DNA of 63,395 bases, counting the filler, from Craspedostauros australis (lineage: Eukaryota), in NCBI GenBank assembly GCA_030167865.1. It is 5 parts of 5 records of this genome, joined end to end, with 100 filler letters (N's around TTAATTAATTAA, not from the genome) between each part and the next. Parts side by side here need not be neighbours in the genome. Positions count along the whole stretch, not along the records: positions 19,699 to 44,534 come from JALAGF010006571.1; 4 more parts are not named here. One strand, given 5' to 3'. Positions 22,001-34,678 of the stretch are shown here, in pieces; positions within the stretch are counted from its first letter, which is position 1; every line of letters starts with the position of its first letter. The notes beneath the pieces were generated by a model that worked only from the letters and a program-made list of their open reading frames with translations, searched no databases and was not told where the DNA came from. The translations under genes were made by a program, and so were the position numbers.

Positions 22001-23338
22001 TAGAAAGGCCTGATAGTATGTATTACTCGTACAACGTACAAACTACTGGTAAGTATAGCAGGCCATTTGATACCACCTGCGAAGATCTGATCAATCCCCT
22101 GGTTCCTACCGTACCCGTCGTCTGATCTGCCATGTAGTACTACCTACTCCACAAGTGATCATCCAAACCATCACATACCACAGAGCTTGCAGAGTTGGAG
22201 GTGGGGGATCATCGCCGAGGAATGCCCATGCTCTACTCCATTCCAAACGAACGAGATACTATATGCTGCTCCAGTTGGTGATAGGTGATCGGGTATGTGC
22301 CGCGATGACGCTGCGGTTGGCGGTTCCAATGTGCAAATTCAACAAATCGACGATGGAGGAAGGACGAAGCGGGCTCAGAGATTGGTTAGGATTCGTTGGA
22401 TTCGTCTGTGTCAGCTACAACCTGCTCCTACGCTCCTTGCTCCCGTGCACGGGCTATTCGATGCATGGGTGATCGTGGTGGCGCAATCTTGAAGTGTTCC
22501 TTGATGATTCTTGATGCGGTGGTTCTGCCTCTCTCTTCGGAGAAACTACTCTCCTTCACGAACGCAAACAATCTTGGGGAATATCATTTGCACTGTGGAA
22601 CCCCTTCAAATTCTCAACATTTTCTTTGAAGGAACCTGTTTAGGCACCGATGATTAAATGTGGGGACCAATTGGTTGCTGAAAGTGATTTCACGACCGTT
22701 GTTTGACACTTGTTTGGATCAATTATCCTGTTCGAGGCGAAGGGAACAACGGCTGCAGGTCATTCATGACCTGTTGGGGTGCTCCATGATGAAGAGTGAT
22801 GCCTAATTGTGCTCGCGCCATGGGTCGTCGCAGGGCCCATTTATCCCATTGCTTTTGCTCCGATCAAGCACCTGCTCCTTTTCGGCGCCCGAAGGGTGTT
22901 GGCGCCCACCGGCCAACCACACCCACACACCAATCCGTGGTCGCTTTACGATGATAACGCCTCACAGAGACGAATGTTCCGGTTTTGGCGTCTTCGGCTT
23001 GTGAGTGCCACCTGACGGCACATTGAAGTTGCTGGTTGTGCTGCCGACATTGGGCAACCGGCGACTACGAGGGGCATTGTGATCACCAACTTCCATTTCT
23101 CACGCCACCAGCCCTTTGGCGTTCGTTCTTGGAGCGGTCTCCGTGCACAACATCGCCATCGACACCGACACCGACACCGACATCGACCTCGACACCGACA
23201 CCGACACCAGCGTTGCCATAGAACCGCTCGCAATAGCACATCGGAGTACCATACATCTGTGCTCATCTCCGACACAAGGATAGCACCATCACTCGACGCC
23301 ACAATACTTGACGCCATCCACACACTCGCACACCACCA

Positions 23339-26300
23339 ATGCACACTGGTGCAAGCGCATCCACCATGGCATCAATCGGCAAAGCCGTCAGCACGAGCAA
23401 GGCAAACAACTCCACCGCTTCTGTCACATCTGCCTGCACTGGATCCGTCTTCGCCGATGAACACGCACTGGAGAGCGGTCCAGCAATCGAGTCACTCCAA
23501 CCCAACGCAACGGCAGAGAGCAGACATGCTGTCTCGACATCAGCATCGAAGGCGGCGCCCGTATCATCTGCGGAAGCGACTGCACCCAACGACGGCGCCT
23601 CCTTCTTCGGAAGACAGAAGGAAGTGCAACATCTCCGCGACATCTGGCGACACATCAACGATGGTCAGCCCATCATCCCAGCCGCTCTGGTTTGGGGAAC
23701 GAGCGGAACTGGAAAGTCGCAGCTGATCGAACAATTCTTGATCCAAGCAGGTTGCTCGTGCGAAGGCGGCCATGAGCCCAACGCAGGAAGCACGCAGCGT
23801 CCCTGCAACTGCCGCTATGTGCTGCGTGGCAAGTACGATGAGTACACCGGGAGCAACGATCCGTTCTCCGCCATCATTCAAGCGCTGGACGACTTCGCCA
23901 CGCAGCTCAAGCAAGGGTCTTCCGAAGAGCTGCGCCGGATCCAGGAAGCAATGGGAAAAGCGTTCTCTGTGGATGCAGGTGCAGATGCGCACACGAACGA
24001 ACCCAATCGGAGCGATGCCGACCATGGCGAATCCACCAGTCCACCGCAGACCAATTCAGTTCAACAGAGCTATTCTGCCATGTGCGCTTTGATCGCAGTG
24101 GTTCCATCGCTGTCCATCCTATTCTCCAACTCTGCTGGATCGTCTTCCAGCGTCACAACCAACGATGCCAGCAACAACTCCGCTCCAAGGTCCGCAGATG
24201 CGGCCATGGACAACGCATCTGCATCCACCAACAGCGTGCTTGGCCATTCCGTGTCGGACAGCATGCTGGACGCCGGACTTGACGACAGCAGCCAGCAGAA
24301 GAATGCAGCCACAAAGAGCTCGCAGAGCGCGTGGAATCGCCTCTGCTACATCTTCATCCAATTCGTGAAGGCCATCTCCACTCCGCAGCGCCCCGTCTTC
24401 CTCTTCCTTGACGATCTGCAATGGTCATCGGCTGCCGGGCTGGAGCTTCTGGCATCGTTGCTGGCCGATACCGATCTGCACAACTTCATGCTGCTGGGAG
24501 CCATTCGGCAGGAGATTGATCCCCACAATCACCATGCAGTGGAGTTGTCACCAGAGGCGCCCCTGCAGAGATCATTCCTGGACCGATTGGTGAATCAGAA
24601 CACCAGGAGTACCAGCGCCAACGCCGATCGCCAAAATGGAAACCACGACAGCAGTGATCGACTCCTTGAGCAGGTCACGCTCGGTCCCTTGGCGTTGCCG
24701 GAGTGTACCCAATGGATCTCCCATCTCCTCCGTCGCTCCGGCGATGACGACGATCTCAAGATCCTCGCATCCAAGATCCACCAAAAGACGCACGGCAACG
24801 TCTATTTCACGCTCCAGGCCGTGGAAGAGCTCAAGAGGAGCCACATCATCGTCCACAACAGCACTTTGGGTCGATGGGAATGGGATCTCAGCCAATCCAC
24901 GAATGGCGGCAACGACGAGCTCCCCATCGGTGACAACATCGTGGCCATCATCGAGATGCAGCTCAGGAGCCTGCCACAGGATCTGCAGCACGTTCTGTCT
25001 GTCGCCGCCTACATCCGGTCGACATTCGACGTGCATGTCCTGCAGATGGTGTTGCAGCATGTGGATGAACAACCAGGAATTGACGCGGTGTGCTCGCATG
25101 ATAACGAGAGCACGCTCACACAGACAGCACCAACACCGCTATCGGCATCGGCAGAATCAGTGCCATGGACAATCGGCCGATTGTGCGCGCTGTTGGACAA
25201 AGCTGTTCTGGAGGGCCTCGTCACCAACTCAATCGGCGAGAGTCGGTACCACTTTGCTCATGATCGAGTGCAACAGGCAGCGTATGGATTGGTTCCAGGC
25301 GGTGAGGTCCGCGACAAGCTTCGGTTGCAGATCGGGCATCGTCTCTTGGATTTGTATCGAGCATCCAAGGCAACATCAGCACCAAACGAAGATCAAGAGC
25401 AGCAAAATCTGCAGCAGCAGCACCTCATCAGGGACGTCGATAGCCTGCTCTTCATCGCGGCTGACCATCTCAACAGCGTCCCCACCAAGGACCATCTCTT
25501 CCTCGTCTCCTTCAATCTTGAAGTCGGACAAAAGGCACTGCGGATGGTTGCTCGGACATCCGCGTCCACGTATCTCCAGAAGGCGGCGGATGCGCTGCAG
25601 TACGTGCGCGACCCGTGGTCAGAATACTACGAGACCTGCCTCGCGCTGTTCCAATGCCGGTCGGAGGTGGAGCTTTCGTTGGGAAACTTTGAGGTCGGCC
25701 ATTCTATTGGCAACAAGATCCTCGACAAAGCGCAGACGCTCGATGACAAGCTTGCGACATACATCACCATGGCAGTCGCATTGGGACGAGAGAACAAGAG
25801 CGCAGAATCTCTGTCCATGATCACATCAGTCGCGAAGCTTCTGGGCGAGTGTCCCAAGAGGTTCTACCTCTTGCATGCGATGAAAGACCTCATGCACATC
25901 AAGTCATTCTTGAAGAACCACACGGATGAGGACATCGTGAACCTGCCCATCCAGACGGAATATCGCAAAACGATGGCGACGAAGGTGGTCTGCGAAGCGG
26001 CCTACCGTTCCTTCACTTGCGGTGATTGGATACCATGGGTGGTGCACGTGCTGAAGCATGTCCGCATGACGATTCGATACGGCATCGACGAAGACTCTGC
26101 CACGGCATTTGCCGTGTTGGGCCTATTCTTCAACGTCTCGAATCAAGGTCACGCAGCCATCGTGCGGTGCGCGGAGATTTCCCACATGTTGCTGAAGCGC
26201 GTCAGAGGAACGCAGCAGACCTCCGCAGTTCATTGTCTGACGGGCGCTTGGCTTTATCCATACAACGAGCCGTTCTCCAAGTGCATCAGAATCTTGGACA

Positions 26301-27514
26301 CAGGTTATTCGTACGGCATGGAAGCCGGTACTTTCGACATGGCGCTGACAAATTTGCAAAGCCGCAACACCCTGGCGTTGTATTTCGGATACAAGCTGCG
26401 GCCGTTGGTTGACGCGCTCAAGGATGCGCTCCGACAGTTCAAGGTCTACACCGTGACCTTCTGCAACGGTGTGACACTTTCATTGCTGATGATGGCCAAG
26501 TGCTTGGTTGGCATTGATCCCATCGATTGGGAGGCCATCGAACGCAATATGGATCACGATCAAACGGAGACCAAGGAGAATCCCAAAGTAGTACACCGAT
26601 TGGTGGCAACCTACTCCGGCCTCCCATTGCTGGCGGCTCTATTTCGACGATACGAGCTCGCCCAGCACATGACCAAGCTATATGATGGGTTGTCAGCAAA
26701 TGCCAAAACCTACTACTTTGACACGACCGTCATGCTTGTGAAGGGTCTCTCGGCGGCTGCACTGTATCGGGCCACAGGCAAGGCAAAATACAAGAAGGAA
26801 TTGAAGCGACAGATCGACCTCTCCCGAGATCTCGTCACCAACAAGGGTCGCAACACGACGAGTCTGCTGCAGTTGCTGAAGGCCGAACAGCTCTCTCTGA
26901 AGTCAATCAAGGCAAACATTGCCAATGTCCGTCGAACAGAAGAAGCATACGAGGTTGCCATCGCTGTGGCCGAAAAGTCTCTTCTCACACATTACTGCGC
27001 CATCGCATGCGAACAAGCCGCTGAATATTTCATCCGAGTAATGAAAACGGTTTCAAAGCACAGCGGAAGTGAAGACACTCACGCTCTGCGGGCGACGCTT
27101 CGCGAATCGGCTTGCGATTACATGACACGGGCTGTGGAGTTCTATGATGAATGGAACTGTGGTGTCAAGGTAAAGGAGATCCAGGAGCGACGGTCGAAGT
27201 ATCTGGCGGTTCGCGATACTGGCGGCGATGCCGACGGGAGGATCGTCGACATGATCATGCCCAAGAAGATCGGCTTCACTGCCAATTCCATCGGGCCAAG
27301 TGGCGCATCACAGATAGCAAACACCGTCTCTGAAGGCGGAAATAGTGACGCAAAGTGGAGGCAAGGCTCTTCCAAGCAACACAAGATGGAAGGAGAGGGG
27401 GGCGGATCGCGCATCTCCAGCGATCCCAGCAAGGCCAAGAGTACATCCGACGAAGGCGGAGACGACAGTCGTGTTGATGACGACTTGTCGGTGCTGACTG
27501 ATGGGTCAAGATAA
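23339..27514 (+). CDS. STAND-class / AAA_16-type P-loop ATPase with a helical C-terminal region (1391 aa)
   Basis: FFGRQKEV, Walker A GTSGTGKS, KYDE..DPFSAI, Walker B LFLDDLQW, KTHGNVYF and YHFAHDRVQQAAY. One uninterrupted ORF. Confidence 0.88.
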   Translation: MHTGASASTMASIGKAVSTSKANNSTASVTSACTGSVFADEHALESGPAIESLQPNATAESRHAVSTSASKAAPVSSAEATAPNDGASFFGRQKEVQHLRDIWRHINDGQPIIPAALVWGTSGTGKSQLIEQFLIQAGCSCEGGHEPNAGSTQRPCNCRYVLRGKYDEYTGSNDPFSAIIQALDDFATQLKQGSSEELRRIQEAMGKAFSVDAGADAHTNEPNRSDADHGESTSPPQTNSVQQSYSAMCALIAVVPSLSILFSNSAGSSSSVTTNDASNNSAPRSADAAMDNASASTNSVLGHSVSDSMLDAGLDDSSQQKNAATKSSQSAWNRLCYIFIQFVKAISTPQRPVFLFLDDLQWSSAAGLELLASLLADTDLHNFMLLGAIRQEIDPHNHHAVELSPEAPLQRSFLDRLVNQNTRSTSANADRQNGNHDSSDRLLEQVTLGPLALPECTQWISHLLRRSGDDDDLKILASKIHQKTHGNVYFTLQAVEELKRSHIIVHNSTLGRWEWDLSQSTNGGNDELPIGDNIVAIIEMQLRSLPQDLQHVLSVAAYIRSTFDVHVLQMVLQHVDEQPGIDAVCSHDNESTLTQTAPTPLSASAESVPWTIGRLCALLDKAVLEGLVTNSIGESRYHFAHDRVQQAAYGLVPGGEVRDKLRLQIGHRLLDLYRASKATSAPNEDQEQQNLQQQHLIRDVDSLLFIAADHLNSVPTKDHLFLVSFNLEVGQKALRMVARTSASTYLQKAADALQYVRDPWSEYYETCLALFQCRSEVELSLGNFEVGHSIGNKILDKAQTLDDKLATYITMAVALGRENKSAESLSMITSVAKLLGECPKRFYLLHAMKDLMHIKSFLKNHTDEDIVNLPIQTEYRKTMATKVVCEAAYRSFTCGDWIPWVVHVLKHVRMTIRYGIDEDSATAFAVLGLFFNVSNQGHAAIVRCAEISHMLLKRVRGTQQTSAVHCLTGAWLYPYNEPFSKCIRILDTGYSYGMEAGTFDMALTNLQSRNTLALYFGYKLRPLVDALKDALRQFKVYTVTFCNGVTLSLLMMAKCLVGIDPIDWEAIERNMDHDQTETKENPKVVHRLVATYSGLPLLAALFRRYELAQHMTKLYDGLSANAKTYYFDTTVMLVKGLSAAALYRATGKAKYKKELKRQIDLSRDLVTNKGRNTTSLLQLLKAEQLSLKSIKANIANVRRTEEAYEVAIAVAEKSLLTHYCAIACEQAAEYFIRVMKTVSKHSGSEDTHALRATLRESACDYMTRAVEFYDEWNCGVKVKEIQERRSKYLAVRDTGGDADGRIVDMIMPKKIGFTANSIGPSGASQIANTVSEGGNSDAKWRQGSSKQHKMEGEGGGSRISSDPSKAKSTSDEGGDDSRVDDDLSVLTDGSR

Positions 27515-27952
27515 TGAACAATAGCCGATATTTGGAACGATGGAGATATGATGCGGGTCATCACGGAGAGCACTCCAGCACTGAATGCCATACACGTTGA
27601 TGAAGCAATGATTGAGTGTAACGCAAAGTTATATTGAACCTGCAAGATCCCCATCTGCCTGCGTGTGCTTCGGGACCTATGGAAGTGCAAAAGAGTGTTG
27701 CTGCAGCGCCAAATACTACGAAGAGTATGAGTATCGTCCGTCCCCACAACTCAGACCTTCATGGGGGAAATCAGCAAAGCGATGGCAACACGCGAATGAA
27801 AATGCTCTGTGTACATAGTCGCGCCAATGTGCCTCCCCACGGAGAAGAAACTGTGTGGGTGCGAGCTATGCGATAACAAATGCAATTCATTCCAACAGCA
27901 ACTCTGCAGTGCTGCAAGTATCATCCGCTCCCTCGTGATTTCGAGATCGTCC

Positions 27953-28945
27953 TCAAAGCTGCAGCAGCGGCGCCACATGCGTCGGAGTGTGCCCAATCTG
28001 TTGAAACAAATCTTGCAGCTTGGAGGTCGGCGCAAGTTTTCCAAGATCATTCTCCAGGTCCACCCGGTGGACACCACCCAGCACAAGCACGCTGTCGAGA
28101 TCGATGGAATTCGCACCGGCGATGTCATGATGCAACGAATCGCCAATGTGACACATTCGTTCCTTCGTGATGCCGAACTGCTGTTGCAACCGTTCCACCG
28201 CGCGACGGAACGCACGAGCATCAGGTTTGCCAAAGTACAGCGTGGGCCCTCTCAGCGTGCGCTCGTAGTAATTGGCAATCGTTCCGGGCATGTACAATAC
28301 GGTGCCATCCGGATTGACGGAAATGAGATCCGGATCCACGCACAGCACAGGAATGGATCGTTCGGCGCATCGCTTGAGGACTGGCATGACGACCTGCTCC
28401 ATCTTGCCCGTCAATATGTAGTCTCCCAAGGATTGGCCTTCGTCGGGTTTGCCGTGCTTGTCAGCCGGCAAGATGACTTCGTTGCCATGCAGGATGACGA
28501 CGTCGGGTAGATTTGCGTCGTCCTCCATGTTGTCCACCAGGACAATATCATCACAACGTTCCATGAATTCCTGCGGATCTGGTGCCGCCGGATGTTTCCA
28601 CGAAAAGACCAGGGCCTTCTTTCCGCTGTAATTTTCGCGGATGTACGCCGTTGCCAAATCGCCGGATGTGACGGCGCCGCCAGCAAGCGAGGACAGATCG
28701 AATCCCAGCTTGGGCAGACGCGAAAGAGCAGATTCTTCCGAGGAGGATGTGTTGGAAAGAATGATACACTTCTTCCCTTGTCGCGCCAGCTCTTGGACGC
28801 ATTCCGATGCACCTTCCATGGCGACCACGCCATTGTGCATGACTCCCCACTGATCGATGATGAACGCATCATACTTGTCGATGATGGGTCGGAACGAGGG
28901 ATGGACCTCGAATGGCTCCCCGGGAGCGCAGAAGATGTTCCCCAT
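27953..28945 (-). CDS. HAD-superfamily hydrolase, subfamily IIA (start uncertain; an upstream exon is possible)
   Basis: Motif I IIDQWGVMHNG, motif II ILSNT, FGKP, motif IV HIGDSLHHDIAGA. Confidence 0.88.
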   Translation of the reverse strand: MGNIFCAPGEPFEVHPSFRPIIDKYDAFIIDQWGVMHNGVVAMEGASECVQELARQGKKCIILSNTSSSEESALSRLPKLGFDLSSLAGGAVTSGDLATAYIRENYSGKKALVFSWKHPAAPDPQEFMERCDDIVLVDNMEDDANLPDVVILHGNEVILPADKHGKPDEGQSLGDYILTGKMEQVVMPVLKRCAERSIPVLCVDPDLISVNPDGTVLYMPGTIANYYERTLRGPTLYFGKPDARAFRRAVERLQQQFGITKERMCHIGDSLHHDIAGANSIDLDSVLVLGGVHRVDLENDLGKLAPTSKLQDLFQQIGHTPTHVAPLLQL

Positions 28946-30202
28946 GGTGATCTCCAGCGGCTGCTTTTGGCGTGATTGTCCTCGTAGTACGGTATTGGGA
29001 GCTGCCAAAAGAGATAGAGTAGAGGAGTAGATCGCAAAGCTCTTCGTTGGTTGTGCGGGATACCTGCTTTGCGGAACAGCGTCGATGAAGACTTTTGGTT
29101 TATGGAATCACGAGCAGATGTAGTTTGTCCGGAGCTGGACGACTGGTCGACTTGTTGGTTGATGGGTTGATGGGTTGATGGGTTGAGTCGACGACAAATG
29201 TTGAATCGCCTTTGCATTGGAAGCTGTTCGATCACGTTGCCTTCTCGATGCTTGCGAACCTCGCCCCAAAGGACATGCTTCGCAGATGTTCGATCTGATG
29301 CTTTCGCATCGGCAGGAAGGGACGGACGGTGCCCATGCTCGTGGTTCGTGACCTCTTCTTTCTGTGGGCCGCGTATTCTTCGTTCCCGGGTTGTTGTACC
29401 ATCATTCTCTTCGACTCCAACCAACCCACGATCCGATCATTTGGCGGATTCGTGGAACAAAATCGGTGTTCCCCCAAAGATACCTTTTTGCCCAACAATT
29501 GTTTTTGCACCAACCGAAGTTGCATGTGGTCGTATGAGTCACAAGGCGCACTTCGAGAGCATTACTTGTATCAATGGCTGAATACGTATATACCCAACGC
29601 CCACCTCCTCACTTTTTTGTTGATTCTTGCTGCTTGTCCCACCTCACATTATTGGCACCTCGTGATGGTTTGGGTGCACATCCTGTTGTTTGATTCATGT
29701 TGTGTGGTGTGTGCTACGTCTTGCGCCTTGCATCTCGCGTGCTTGTGTGGTGTGTTGTGGGTTGTGTGTGCGCGTGTTGTCCTGAGTGTCATTCCTGGGA
29801 TTGCCGTTCCCAAAACACAGACGAAATAATAGAGGAACGGCCATCACAACGACAACAACAATCCATTGCAGCACCGTCGCCATCGTCATCGCCACGACCA
29901 ACACGTTCAGAATCAATCTTGGTCCCTGTCCGGATCGGAGGCCACAAACACAACTTTCAAGACAGCTCCATAGATAGCAAAAGTAGCACTCCAAGTACCC
30001 CACCTGCACCCTTCTTGGCAATACTCGTCACGGAACGACTTCAGCGTGGAACCTCAGCGCACCCCACTCATACCATACATTCAGTTGGAGCATCTTGCCG
30101 AGGCATCCAGCGAGCAAGAGATAACAGACTGAAGCGCAAGGAGCTTCAAGAAATCCACGAAGCGCAACTTTTCCTCGAACGCAAACATCAAAAGGCGACG
30201 CA

Positions 30203-33080
30203 ATGAAGTGGGGATACGCAACAGCTCTGCCAGCGCTGCTGGCAATCAGCGCTCTGCATTCATCGACTGCATGGTTTGAGAATGATAGTGGCAGCCACAA
30301 GAGCAGAGGCCAGAATGCGGTGACTATCTCAAACGTCGTGGATGTGACATCTCCTGCAACCTTGTCCGAGCGCATCAGCATCTTCCATGAAGCGGCTGAG
30401 CATCGCGTGTTGGAGGGTGACATCCACAGGGTGTTCCAAACCGAATACGGCGCCATGCAGAAAGGGAACTACGCCAAGGCCAGCCATGCGGACGGCGTCG
30501 AGAAAGCACCGGATGACCGCGAGGCTGACGTCTACCCAGAAATCCCAAGCCTGGAAAAGAAACGTACGTGCGACTGCAACGCTTGAGACACCCTCCTTGC
30601 CATCGCTCGTGCTCGTGACGATTGCTTGTGATGTTGCGAGTGTCCTGCTGCTGCCATCAGAACTCCTCGAAAACGGATCACAACTCACCTGCTGCCTCAC
30701 TACATTTTTGCACTCACGACTTGCTACTGTGCTTTCGCCACCGTTGTTCAACGATCGAACAGCGTACATTGTGGATAGAATTGACCGTTTGACACGATCA
30801 GCAACCATCAGCCAGCAAGGATCTGACAAATCACCGCCCGCTGACTCTGACGCCGTAGTCAGCAAAGGGGAGCAGGCCGCAAAGGCGACCAACGAAAAGC
30901 ACAGCAGCTACAATACCGAATCAACCAGGCAGTTCAACAATGGGTATGCCGATACCAGCGATGCCGGCATCAGGAACGAATACAACAAGCACCAGTCGCA
31001 CACGCACGACTATGGCAAGAAAGTTGCCTCGCCAACAAAGAGCCTCGACAACGCAGCCATATTGCAGGGTGAGGGCGCGACGTCATCGGCATCCTACAAC
31101 CGCACGAAGCTCATCACGACATCGCACCAACCCGTGTCCATCAACATTCCGACCGTGTACCGCAAGGTGTACACTGCGCCCATCGAGCTCAAGGCGCACG
31201 GCCCACAGCATCTGGAAACGCACGCGCAGACCATCTTCGACACGATGAAGCCAGTCATGACAGGGTACTGGAAGGCCCAGATCGGATCGGTGTTGCAGGC
31301 CTATAGCCTCCGACTTCAGTACAGTTCCGATGATGTCCTGGATGGCGTTCCCAAATCGGTGAACGATGACCGCGTCGTGACCAACTTCAATGTCTTCGTC
31401 ACGTTGGAGGTGGAGAGCAACAGCATGCACACCTTGACGCATCCGAACCACGCGAGTTCCACCGAAGACTTGGCATTGTTCTTCCGCGGCCAATCCCTGC
31501 TGGAGCTTCTGACCTCCCTGCGAGAGGCAGGCGTGGCGATCAACGAATTGGTGTACACGCACGAAGACTTCCAAGCGCCACCAGCCACCTATGACTCCGC
31601 TGCGCCAACGGCAAGTCCCACCGTGACGCCCCCAACAGGCGTGTCGCAAGTTAACAAGGGCGGAAACGATGAAGGACCCACCCCGGCCGGCGAAGGCGGT
31701 ACCAAGAAGAAGAGCCGACTGGGATTGATGGCTGGTATCGGCGCAGGATGCCTGGCGGTTGGTGCTGTGGCATTGGCCTTCACGAAGAGCGGCTCCAACC
31801 GTGTTCGACTCTTGCGGGAGCGACTGGGCGAGTCCTTCAGCCTCAGCGCCGGAGACGAGGATGAGAGCCAGGAGGATTCCTTGGATCACCACCCACATGC
31901 AGACGTCATGACAACGACGAGCAGCGCATTCGACATGCAACAGAACTCAAACCTGCTGGTCAACGATCCACGCGTTGCCGCAACGTACAACAAGTACCCG
32001 TCCTTGGGGATCCGTCCAGCCGCGATTCAGAAACGACCCGCTTTCTCCAAAGACTACCTCAAGAGCGGGCTGGAGGCGCCAGCCATCCATTCGCCCGGCG
32101 GTCATTCCAAGAGCTCTGGGAACAGCAGCAACGTGAACGGCAGTATCAACTCCGACATGTACACCATCACAACTGCGCAGTTCGGTGCATCGCCGAAGGC
32201 GGACAGAGGCGAGGTTGACACGATCACCAACTCGCCCGTTTCTCAATTCTCCTCGTTCCGTCAGCTGCGTGCTGCCGAGGAGGATGAATTCACCATGCCG
32301 GAGAACTACGACAGCAGCGTCGTCACCGATGCCGTGTCTCCACAGCGCAGCATGCATACCATCACGGAAGAGACAGATGGCGGCATCAACGGCGGCGTCC
32401 ACGTCACCAGCAGCGGCCAGCGGCTCGCCAGCATGAGAAGAGCAACCACGGCACGCAGCGGTCGCTCCATGCTGCTGGAGCAAGGATTGGCAACGCCATC
32501 CTCCTCGGACAGTTCCAACGGAAGGGCAACGCTCGTGGCGTCACCCGCCGCTGTGAATGCGATTGGATCGTCGGCGTATTCACCAGCGTCGTCACCGTCC
32601 GGCTCGTCGTCGTCATCATCTAGCTACCCATCGCCACCCGGTGCGGAACCTTATTCTCCCTTCGGAGGTTCAAGATCCCAGCAGCAGCAGCAGCAGCACC
32701 GCCGACAGCCACAGAGGGCCTACGTCCGCAAGAGCAGCAGCTACGACGACTCGCCGCAAAGCAGCAACAGCTACAGCACGTACCGCCCCAACGGCGTCCC
32801 GATCACGCAGAGCATGATGACGACGTCTCCCAACACGACGTACTCCATCACGAACACGCGCGTCGGTTCGTCGACGCCCCAATCGGTGCGCATGATGGAC
32901 GGCCCCGACATGGTCGCGTACGACAACAGCGACGATTTCTACGACGAATGGTCCTTGGCCGGCATCTCCATGATGAGCAATTCGCCGCATCGTCGGCATC
33001 AGCAGCGCAAGAATCATCAAGATTCGGATTATCACGATGCCTCGCCGGCGGCGGATTTGGATATGCCGCCTTTGGTGTGA
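30203..33080 (+). CDS. Type I single-pass membrane protein, two exons (30203-30563, 30763-33080)
   Basis: Signal peptide MKWGYATALPALLAISALHSSTA. A GTACGT...AACAG intron at 30564-30762 joins the two ORFs in frame. TM segment LGLMAGIGAGCLAVGAVALAFT, then a long Ser-rich tail. Confidence 0.75.
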
Positions 33081-34678
33081 ATAGGTGTGGTGGAAGAGAT
33101 TGGAGGATGGACTGGAACTCACGCATGGAATGCATGAGTGAGTGAATGAACGAGTGAGATGGAGGAAGACAAGTGGGATGCAGGCGGAAGGCAGGTGAAA
33201 GGTGTAGAGTAGAGCAAGATGATGAGTAATGATGTTTGCTCGTAGGTATTGTAAAAGATATAATAGCATCGCAGTAAACATGAACGACACTTGGACATGA
33301 GAGTGCGAGACTGCAGCGCAGCAGAAGCATGCATGCATGAAGTTGATCTTACCGTGGGCATTCCGAGAGAACAGATGTTTCCGATGCGAGTGAACAATGA
33401 TGCAACGACGATGGTGGTGCGCTTTCGGCGCAGGTGCGATCTCGGTGTATTATATTGGAGAGTTGTAATGCCACGACGACGTGCTCTGTTATCTGGTGCG
33501 CAATACTATTGTTATAATGGATGGCCAATGGTTACCATGAACGGTGGCATGTACGCAACGTCCGCAATCCCATGGCGAGAGAGACCATGATCCCGACGCG
33601 CCACGCCCACGCCAAGTACCTCGACGCAATCCACATTCCAATGCAAAGCATCGCACAGAGGTCTCCATCGGCGCCTTTTGGTGTGTTGCGGAAAATCTTT
33701 TGTGTGTTCATTCCCAACATCTTGTGGAACATCCACAAAAAGCGGAGGCACATTGGTTTCGGGTCATGAAGATAGTCATCGAGTCACGATAGGAAACTAC
33801 GATTAGAAGATGCCAGGGCGTCTTGATTGGACGTCGCAATGACTTCCACGATGTCTCGTGGTTATCTATTTTTGTTGATTGACAGATGGGGCTTAGGCCG
33901 ATTTCGGCGGCGTTGGGTACAGGGCGTTGTCGCGTGTGTACGGGTTGTCATCACTGTGACATCCGCGACTGTATGAACAAGAAGGTCGATGTCGCAGTCA
34001 ATGGATTGGGCGCAAAAGCACCTCGTTGTTGGAAGAGTTACCATCTTCATGGCGTGTCCCTTTGTTGTTCGCTGTGGCACCACCAAGACGGACAAAGGAG
34101 GTAAAAAAGCCATAACCACGAGAGTATTTAGCGTACGGGCGGAGAGTACTCTGCGCTCGTGGACAGCGTTTGTGGTGCGAAGAAAGCAGCGCGTATTGGG
34201 ACAGGTACAACTACTCGTAGAGTGGGGAAGAGTCGGAGTCCGCATTGAAGCGCGAAGAGAGAAAGAACCAAAACGGACAGACACACGTCTGCGCTTGGGT
34301 TACCTTTGTCCTTTGTTGCTGTTGTTGTTCGCGCTTTTGCGCTGTGTTGCGTTGTGTGTTGCTGTCTCCGTGTTGGACATCGCACCCAAGACCAACGTCT
34401 CGGCCAAGAGAGCGCACCAGCACTGATACTACTTCAGACAGAGACCATCAACGGCCTGTTGTCTGCCACAACATTCTTGTGTTTGCACTACTATACATGC
34501 ATAGCAGACCATAACAGACATATCACAGCTCTTGCTATACATACATAGGGGGCAAGCTTGATCAGCGACCGTATCGGCATCGTCAGCGTTCTTGTGATTG
34601 TGATTGTGATTGGAGCAGACCAAGAAGGAAGGAGTCAGCAAGAGTCAGCAAGAAATCGAGAGACACAAAACAGCGACC

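Noticed and set aside
23079..23726. His/Arg-repeat ORF (RHRHRH)
   Set aside because: Translation of a (CGACAC)n microsatellite upstream of the ATPase gene.
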